Source of the DNA: an uncultured Pelagibacteraceae bacterium
GTDB lineage: Bacteria > Pseudomonadota > Alphaproteobacteria > Pelagibacterales > Pelagibacteraceae
Length of the DNA stretch: 64,000 nt
Direction of reading: 5' to 3'
Assembly: GCA_902515605.1 (NCBI GenBank)
Contig: CABXVQ010000001.1
Span: forward strand, 1,795 to 65,794
Numbering within the stretch: the first letter of the stretch is position 1; every line of letters starts with the position of its first letter. This document shows positions 57,943 to 64,000 of the stretch, piece by piece. Below the pieces are notes generated by a model. That model worked only from the letters and a program-made list of their open reading frames with translations, was not told the origin of the DNA and did no database searches. Both the position numbers and the translations under genes were made by a program.

Positions 57943-60066
57943 CTACTCAATTCCTAGAAGTTTTTTTCTTTGATCCGCCCAAGTTCTAATTAAATTATCA
58001 ACAGCTAAGCCTATAAAAGCAACACATAATCCTAACATTAAGCCATTACCAGTTCCTTGCCTGTCAGATAAAGCTTTTAGAATATACTGGCCTAAATCTG
58101 TTGTTCCAATCATTGCACCAATGATTACCATAAATAATGCAAATACGACTGTTTGATTAATTCCTAACATCATATGTGGAAACGCAAGTGGTAGTTCTAT
58201 TTTTATCCATCTTTGTAATCGAGTTACTCCAGACATAGATCCAGCATCATGTAAAGCAGAAGGTACACTTCTTAGCCCTTCAATAGTGTATCTTGTTGCA
58301 GGAATTGTTGCATAAACTACAACAGCAATTAGAACAGATGTATCTGTCACTCCAAAGAGCATTATAACTGGAATTAAATAAACAAAAGATGGGAAAGTTT
58401 GGAGAGTGTCACACACACCTATAGCTATTCTTGAGCTAGTTTTATTTTGAGCACTTAAAGTACCAATTGTTATTCCAAGAATTCCTGAAACTAAAACACC
58501 AAAAGTTGCCATGTACATTGTTATTAACGCTCTATCCCACCATTCTGTTAAAGCTATAAACAAAGTAAAGCTTCCAATAACTAATGCAGATCTAATTCCT
58601 CCAATTATATAACCTGCACCCATAAATAAAATAAATGTAGCAACAATTGGCATTCTCAAAAATGCATTTTTCATAGGAATTAAGACATCTACTATTAGCC
58701 AAGTATTGAAAATTTTGAGTGTATCAAAAAAATTAGCTAAAACCCAATCTACTCCTGCATTCCAGAATGCCTCAGTAGAAATACCTTTATTGTGCGGAAC
58801 AATAAAAAAATAGTTAAAACCTTCTTTAAAAAGGAAGGTCCCTATAAAAGAAAGTAGATATCCAGCAATAACAACTCCACCAAATATATAAAGATACTTA
58901 TTTTTCTCAAAATCTGTTGGATTTTCAAAATAGTTTTTTTGTTTATTTGCCCATGCTAATGACAGTTTATCCAATAAAACTGCTATCAAAGTAATACACA
59001 CACCCGCCTCAAGTGCCAAACCAATTCTTAATTGATTTAATGCAAGTAGCAAATTCCACCCCAGACCTTTTGCACCTATAAACGAAGCTATTACAGCCAT
59101 TGCTAAACATTGCATTATAACTTGATTTACACCTATTAAAATATCTCTTCTTGCAGTTGGAATTAAAACTTCAGATAACAATTGATAATCTGTACAGCCG
59201 CTCATCTTACCTGCTTCAATAACTTCAGGAGATACTTTTCTTAGACCTAGTAAAGTTAGTCTAACCATTGGAGGTGTTGCAAAAATAATTGTTGCTATTG
59301 CTCCAGCATGATCACCTATTCCAAATAAAACCATTATTGGTACAAGATACGAATAATGAGGCATGGTTTGAGCAACATTCAAAAGAGGATTTAAAATATT
59401 TTCTACTCTTTTGCTTCTATATGCCCAAACTCCAAAACCAAGACCTAAAGCAAAAGAAATTGGTGCTGCAACCAATACAAATGATAAAGTTTGCATAGAT
59501 GGCTTCCATTGGCCGAAAGCAGAAATAAATATCATGGTTATCGCAGCAAATATTGCTAAATTTTTTCCACTAAGTTTGTAACCTAGTAAGACTGCTCCAC
59601 CAGCAACAATTGTCCAAGGTAAACCTGGTAACTTTGCCCAAGGATTTGCACTTAAAAAATCCCAACTTGTAAAAGCAACTATAGTATCAACTCCACCAAT
59701 TAAAATTTCACGAATAAATTGGATTAAAAAAAGCATAGAACTAGAAATTAATCTTGTTATATGTAGAACCAATGGTCTAGATTTTGTTTCTTGAATACTG
59801 GAGTCAAAGTATTCAATTGGAAACCACTCATTTAATAAAAAGTATACAGAGTCATTTATCCATCCTGGCATCCAAGCAATAAAGGCTGGCAATCTCCAAA
59901 AAACACTGTACTTAGTTTGGTCTAACTTATCTTTATCAATAAATTCGGTTCCAGCTTTTGCAAACTCATACCCCTCTGGTATTTGAATGGCAAAACACAA
60001 ACCAAAAAAAATAATAAATAAAAAGATCCATTGGATAGCTTTTGGATATTTCTTAATTATTTCCAT
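57943..60066 (-). CDS. tmoW: ProW-type ABC permease with two fused permease modules; probable TMAO transporter
   Basis: Two QTxP...L.P...FG...EA/DA..M.G modules; context with tmoX and tdm. Confidence 0.8.
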   Translation of the reverse strand: MEIIKKYPKAIQWIFLFIIFFGLCFAIQIPEGYEFAKAGTEFIDKDKLDQTKYSVFWRLPAFIAWMPGWINDSVYFLLNEWFPIEYFDSSIQETKSRPLVLHITRLISSSMLFLIQFIREILIGGVDTIVAFTSWDFLSANPWAKLPGLPWTIVAGGAVLLGYKLSGKNLAIFAAITMIFISAFGQWKPSMQTLSFVLVAAPISFALGLGFGVWAYRSKRVENILNPLLNVAQTMPHYSYLVPIMVLFGIGDHAGAIATIIFATPPMVRLTLLGLRKVSPEVIEAGKMSGCTDYQLLSEVLIPTARRDILIGVNQVIMQCLAMAVIASFIGAKGLGWNLLLALNQLRIGLALEAGVCITLIAVLLDKLSLAWANKQKNYFENPTDFEKNKYLYIFGGVVIAGYLLSFIGTFLFKEGFNYFFIVPHNKGISTEAFWNAGVDWVLANFFDTLKIFNTWLIVDVLIPMKNAFLRMPIVATFILFMGAGYIIGGIRSALVIGSFTLFIALTEWWDRALITMYMATFGVLVSGILGITIGTLSAQNKTSSRIAIGVCDTLQTFPSFVYLIPVIMLFGVTDTSVLIAVVVYATIPATRYTIEGLRSVPSALHDAGSMSGVTRLQRWIKIELPLAFPHMMLGINQTVVFALFMVIIGAMIGTTDLGQYILKALSDRQGTGNGLMLGLCVAFIGLAVDNLIRTWADQRKKLLGIE

Positions 60067-60072
60067 AGAATA

Positions 60073-61110
60073 TTACGACTTTTCTTTTCCAGTTCTAAAA
60101 ACTGTTTGAATTATCTTTGATGGTTTAACACTTCCAACTATATTATTGTTTGCATCTAAAACGTTTACTGAGTTTTCTTGACTCAATATTTTTTCTGCTA
60201 CTGTTTCAATAATTGCATCTTTAGAAACACTAATCATATTTTTATCTTTTTCATTTACAGATTTGTCCATTATTGCTTCTATCTTTAATACTTTTTCTCT
60301 TGGCACTTCTTCTGTAAATTTTCTCACATATTCAGTTTTTGGACTCAAAACAATATTTGCTGGAGTATCCAGTTGTTCAATTAAACCATCTTTCATAATA
60401 GCTATTCTATCAGCAAGTCTTAGTGCTTCATCAAAGTCATGTGTAATAAAAAGAATTGTTTTATTTAAAACCCCTTGGAGTCTTAAAAATTCATCTTGCA
60501 TTTCTTTTCTTATAAGTGGATCCAATGCAGAAAAAGGTTCGTCTAAAAACCATATATCTGGTTCAACAGCTAATGATCGTGCAATACCGACTCTCTGTTG
60601 TTGACCTCCAGATAATTCTCTAGGAAAATAATTTTCTCTTCCCTTTAAACCTACTAATTCAACCATCTCCATAGCTTTTTTGATACTGTCATCAGTTTCA
60701 CCTCCTTTAATTTGAAGTGGAAACGCAATATTTTCTAAAACAGTTTTATGAGGAAGTAATGCAAAACTTTGAAAAACCATACCCATTTTACTTCTTCTTA
60801 ACTCAATTAATTGCTTATCATTCATTGCTAACAAGTCTTGACCTTCGATAAAAATTTTTCCACCTGTAGCATCAGTTAATCGTGAAATACATCTCAGTAA
60901 AGTTGATTTACCAGAACCAGATAAACCCATTACAACTAACATTTCTCCTTTTGATACTTCAAAAGAAGCATTGTTAACCCCTACAATACAACCTGCATCT
61001 TGAAATATTTTTGCATCTACATTGCCATTTGAATTTTGAAGCATTTTTTCTGCATTCGCTCCAAATATTTTATAGACAGACTCACATTTAATTACAGGTG
61101 TTGTTGTCAT
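60073..61110 (-). CDS. tmoV: ProV-type ABC ATPase; probable TMAO transporter
   Basis: GLSGSGKST, LSGGQQQRVG, DEPFSALDPLIR. Start moved to ATG 61110 (MTTTP). Confidence 0.82.
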   Translation of the reverse strand: MTTTPVIKCESVYKIFGANAEKMLQNSNGNVDAKIFQDAGCIVGVNNASFEVSKGEMLVVMGLSGSGKSTLLRCISRLTDATGGKIFIEGQDLLAMNDKQLIELRRSKMGMVFQSFALLPHKTVLENIAFPLQIKGGETDDSIKKAMEMVELVGLKGRENYFPRELSGGQQQRVGIARSLAVEPDIWFLDEPFSALDPLIRKEMQDEFLRLQGVLNKTILFITHDFDEALRLADRIAIMKDGLIEQLDTPANIVLSPKTEYVRKFTEEVPREKVLKIEAIMDKSVNEKDKNMISVSKDAIIETVAEKILSQENSVNVLDANNNIVGSVKPSKIIQTVFRTGKEKS

Positions 61111-61156
61111 ATTTATATTCTGTATATTTATACTATTATTATTATTAAATACTCCA

Positions 61157-61681
61157 TTAAAAATTCTTAATAAAATAAACCCTTGTATCAATACTAGTTT
61201 TTAAAAAGCCTAAAGCTTCACCTTCAACTGTTACAGATTTGGAAGAACCAGATAATGGCTTGACTGTAAATTTAGCAAAACATCTATTCTGACTTTCGTC
61301 CCAATTTACTGAATATTTTCCAGTTGTTCCACCATTAGCTGTGTATAAATCAAATGCGTCATTATCAATAATGTTGGCTCCCATTATTGCTCTTTGTGTA
61401 ATTATTTTTGTATTGATGCAAATCATCTTATATTCATCTGCTGATAATTGTTGCCCTTTATCAGATTTATAGAATGTTAAAACACCTCTTGGTAATGATG
61501 CTATCAATTCATTTGCTTCTTCTTGTACTTTTTTTTGTTCAGCAATTTTCAATTCAGCATCTTTATCTGGTCCAAAAAAAATATTAAGTATTAAAAAAGT
61601 AAAAAAAATTATTATTGTTAAACATGTCAATCCTATCAATCCTTTAAAACTTTCTGGAAATTGATTAAACTTACTTAACAT
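61157..61681 (-). CDS. Hypothetical single-TM protein
   Basis: N-terminal TM segment, charged linker, and a small domain with two Cys. Confidence 0.7.
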   Translation of the reverse strand: MLSKFNQFPESFKGLIGLTCLTIIIFFTFLILNIFFGPDKDAELKIAEQKKVQEEANELIASLPRGVLTFYKSDKGQQLSADEYKMICINTKIITQRAIMGANIIDNDAFDLYTANGGTTGKYSVNWDESQNRCFAKFTVKPLSGSSKSVTVEGEALGFLKTSIDTRVYFIKNF

Positions 61682-62048
61682 AATCTCCTTCCTTCCATGT
61701 TCCCTTAATTACTTTTCCATCTGACCATTTAAAAATTCCTTTTCCATGCATCTTATTATTTTTCCATTCTCCACTGTAAGAAGATCCATCAGGAAATTTT
61801 AAAGTTCCTTCACCATGCCATTTACTATCATTAAATTCACCTTCATAGACATACCCGTTAGGCCAAGTCTCAATACCTTTTCCTTTTTTTGAACCATTTT
61901 GCCATTGCCCAACATAAGTTGTCTTATCCGTATAAGTCCAGGTTCCAAATCCATTATTACAATCGCCATCTGTACAACCCGACTTTTTCGCAAAACTTGT
62001 ATTTGAAATTATTAAGCTCAAAAAAATATATGTTAAAATTTTTTTCAT
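61671..62048 (-). CDS. Secreted MORN-repeat protein
   Basis: Signal (SFA-K); C..GDC.NG.G cap; about four 23-aa repeats Y.G.W.N...G.G. Confidence 0.88.
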   Translation of the reverse strand: MKKILTYIFLSLIISNTSFAKKSGCTDGDCNNGFGTWTYTDKTTYVGQWQNGSKKGKGIETWPNGYVYEGEFNDSKWHGEGTLKFPDGSSYSGEWKNNKMHGKGIFKWSDGKVIKGTWKEGDYVK

Positions 62049-62072
62049 CTAAAAATAAAATATATTAAATTT

Positions 62073-62105
62073 AAAAAAAAATCCCCCCTAGTAAAACTAG
62101 GGGAG
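62073..62105 (-). terminator. Intrinsic terminator after the binding-protein gene
   Basis: Minus strand CCCCTAGT-ttt-ACTAGGGG followed by a T9 tract. Confidence 0.82.
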
Positions 62106-62137
62106 AATTTAATTTATTTATGGTTTAAAGAAAGTGG

Positions 62138-63103
62138 TTACTTAGTCCACTTCTCCCAAACACTTTTGTTATCAGCTAACCATTTTTTAGCAGCATCTTC
62201 ATGAGTCATTTTATCTTCGTCAACTAAAGCAGCCATTGCTCCAATTTGACTAGTGTTAAATGATAATTTTTTGTACATTGCTGCTGCATTAGGATGAGTT
62301 TTTGGGAAGTTCTCATTAACGGCTTTTTTCAAGTAACCATCTGGAGCTCCACATTTACCATCACCACCATCAACTGGTCTGCAACCATCATAGTACGGTG
62401 GAAAATCAATAAAAGTAAATCCTTTTCCATCTGTAAAGTTTGGTGTCCAGTTAAAGATAATAGTTCCTCTTCCTTCAGCTTCAGCTGCTTTAAGTTCTGC
62501 CCATAATGCATCTGCACCACCAGCAAACTTAACAGTCCATAAGTCACCCAATCCAAGAGCTTCTATTCTCTGAGGGATTAGATCTCCATGCCAGCTTTGT
62601 GGACCCTCTAACATACGTCCTTTTCCACCAGAGTCTGGTGTAGCAAACGCTTTAGCACAGTCTGGACTTTTTAAAGCATTCCAGTCTGGTAGGCCTGGAC
62701 AATATTTAGCTGCCCAATCAGGATAACCCATATCCTCAATTGTTCTTGCTTCATGATCACCCCAGTCTAATACACCGCCTTTTTCTCTAGCAGTATCAAA
62801 TGATTTACCAAAAGCTGATTCCCAAACTTCGTGGGCTAATGTTACATCACCAATTCTAATTGACTCATAAACAGCTTGTGAATCTGCTGGTACATATTTT
62901 ACATTGTTACCCATAGTCTCTAAAATTCCTCCAATAACATGAGCCATAACCACTTGGCTTGACCAGTTATGAGTTGCAATAACTATAGGTTCAGCACTAT
63001 CGCTGCCTGATTTTTTTGCAGATTTGTCTCCTCCACCCATGAAGAAAGCAAGACCCGCTATGACAACAATCGCACCGATAATTAACGGTAGTTTGTTTTT
63101 CAT
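62138..63103 (-). CDS. tmoX: ProX/OpuAC-family substrate-binding protein, probable TMAO-binding TmoX
   Basis: PIVIATHNWSSQ, HEVWESAF, CPGLPDW.AL, FNWTPNF; divergent from the tdm-like gene. Confidence 0.8.
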   Translation of the reverse strand: MKNKLPLIIGAIVVIAGLAFFMGGGDKSAKKSGSDSAEPIVIATHNWSSQVVMAHVIGGILETMGNNVKYVPADSQAVYESIRIGDVTLAHEVWESAFGKSFDTAREKGGVLDWGDHEARTIEDMGYPDWAAKYCPGLPDWNALKSPDCAKAFATPDSGGKGRMLEGPQSWHGDLIPQRIEALGLGDLWTVKFAGGADALWAELKAAEAEGRGTIIFNWTPNFTDGKGFTFIDFPPYYDGCRPVDGGDGKCGAPDGYLKKAVNENFPKTHPNAAAMYKKLSFNTSQIGAMAALVDEDKMTHEDAAKKWLADNKSVWEKWTK

Positions 63104-63132
63104 TATTCCTCCTAGTACTAGTTAATCTTAAT

Positions 63133-63161
63133 ATTATGTGCTTTACTAATAGGATAGTCAA
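63133..63161 (-). promoter_or_regulatory. Sigma70-like promoter for tmoX
   Basis: TTGACT-N17-CATAAT on the minus strand, followed by an AGGAGG RBS. Confidence 0.6.
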
Positions 63162-63204
63162 CACATAGATATTTATATAATATAATTCTAAATATTTATA
63201 AAAG

Positions 63205-64000
63205 ATGCCTACTACTTTAGATATTAAAGAACCTGGACTAAATGTATTGCCACCTGGGGTTGAAAGACACACAGTTAATATGGGAGGATTAACAGGTTTG
63301 CAAATTTTTCCTGATGATCAAATAGAAATAATTAATGAAGAAGGAAATCAAATTTGTGAAATAATTTGTTTTGATAAAAATGGTAAATCTGAATTAGGAA
63401 TATTAAGTTTAAAAGAAAATATTAAAAAAAGTTTTATTAAAGAGATATTAAATAATAATGATGAAAGTTCTCTAATAACTAAACTTCAATTAAAAAAAAG
63501 AAACTTAAATATCAATAATTCTAAATCATCGATTATTTTTGATAAAGATACGCCTAGTGGTGAGAAAGTAAAATTAAAATCAAAAGACAAATGTTATGTA
63601 ATTTTTTCAGCACCTAAAAATGAAATGCTGATAAGTGATCAAAATCCTTCAGGAGATTTAACAATATTTATTAAACGCACTAAAATTACTAAAGATAAAG
63701 AATTGTCTATTATCCCTGACCCTGTTTTTGAGCCTAATTACGAAAAAAATATAAATAGACAAACATGTATTTCATATCAAGTTAAAGAAGGTGATTACAT
63801 TCAGATAATTAGTCCAGCAGGCAGGCAATGTTCAGACTTTGTTGCATTTGATACTAGAAAACTTGATAAAGGTATTGAAAAAGGACTTGATTGGCAAACT
63901 ACCAGAACATTTATGGGTAATACTTTTCCAGGTCCAGGATTATTTTCAAAATTTTATGACACTGATCATGAGCCACTTGTCGAAGTTATAAGAGATACTG
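63205..64000 (+). CDS. tdm: Trimethylamine N-oxide demethylase-like protein (DUF1989 N-terminal region), 3'-truncated by the window edge; not in the ORF track
   Basis: Hand translation MPTTLDIKEPGLNVLPPGVERH... in frame with VKEGDYIQIISPAGRQCSDFVAF; adjacent to the tmoXWV-like genes. Confidence 0.78.
   Translation, partial: MPTTLDIKEPGLNVLPPGVERHTVNMGGLTGLQIFPDDQIEIINEEGNQICEIICFDKNGKSELGILSLKENIKKSFIKEILNNNDESSLITKLQLKKRNLNINNSKSSIIFDKDTPSGEKVKLKSKDKCYVIFSAPKNEMLISDQNPSGDLTIFIKRTKITKDKELSIIPDPVFEPNYEKNINRQTCISYQVKEGDYIQIISPAGRQCSDFVAFDTRKLDKGIEKGLDWQTTRTFMGNTFPGPGLFSKFYDTDHEPLVEVIRDT

Noticed and set aside
61700-61960. DNA repeat or CRISPR-like periodicity
   Set aside because: Explained by 23-aa MORN protein repeats; no identical DNA repeats with spacers were seen in the window.
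1379-63272. Short ORF-track entries overlapping real genes (e.g. 1379-1603, 8114-8398, 17005-17346, 53329-53739, 60263-60604, 62997-63272)
   Set aside because: Antisense or alternate-frame shadows of well-supported genes, with no motifs or RBS.

Overview
AT-rich, extremely gene-dense bacterial DNA with many 0-10 bp gaps or overlaps. Gene content and order look like a Pelagibacterales (SAR11) chromosome; this is inferred from composition and recognised families, not from a database search. Most of the window encodes metabolism of organic sulfur and methylated nitrogen compounds: an Ldh2-Pta-HpsN sulfonate module, cysE/cysK, an ETHE1-type persulfide dioxygenase, AcuI, dimethylglycine dehydrogenase with ETF/ETF-QO, a SELENBP1-like methanethiol oxidase homologue, a Rieske oxygenase, MetF plus a GcvT-family demethylase, soxBDAG, fhs, a TmoXWV-like TMAO transporter and the 5' part of tdm. 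It also carries an Fe3+ ABC transporter with a Fur-like box, an alternative oxidase and housekeeping genes (folE, hisI, purEK, csp). The most unusual element is a run of ten co-oriented small genes at 7265-10814. It contains four divergent ferredoxin-like alpha/beta-barrel proteins, a secreted dirigent/AOC-like protein, an NTF2/SnoaL protein, membrane proteins and an SMR pump, with strong ribosome-binding sites and a structured leader. Also notable are a zero-gap divergent cytochrome c'/b561 pair, a CxxCxxxC microprotein and a two-state hairpin inside the iron operon, and several microproteins missing from the ORF track. I saw no tRNA, rRNA, CRISPR array, integrase or transposase. All family calls are by eye.
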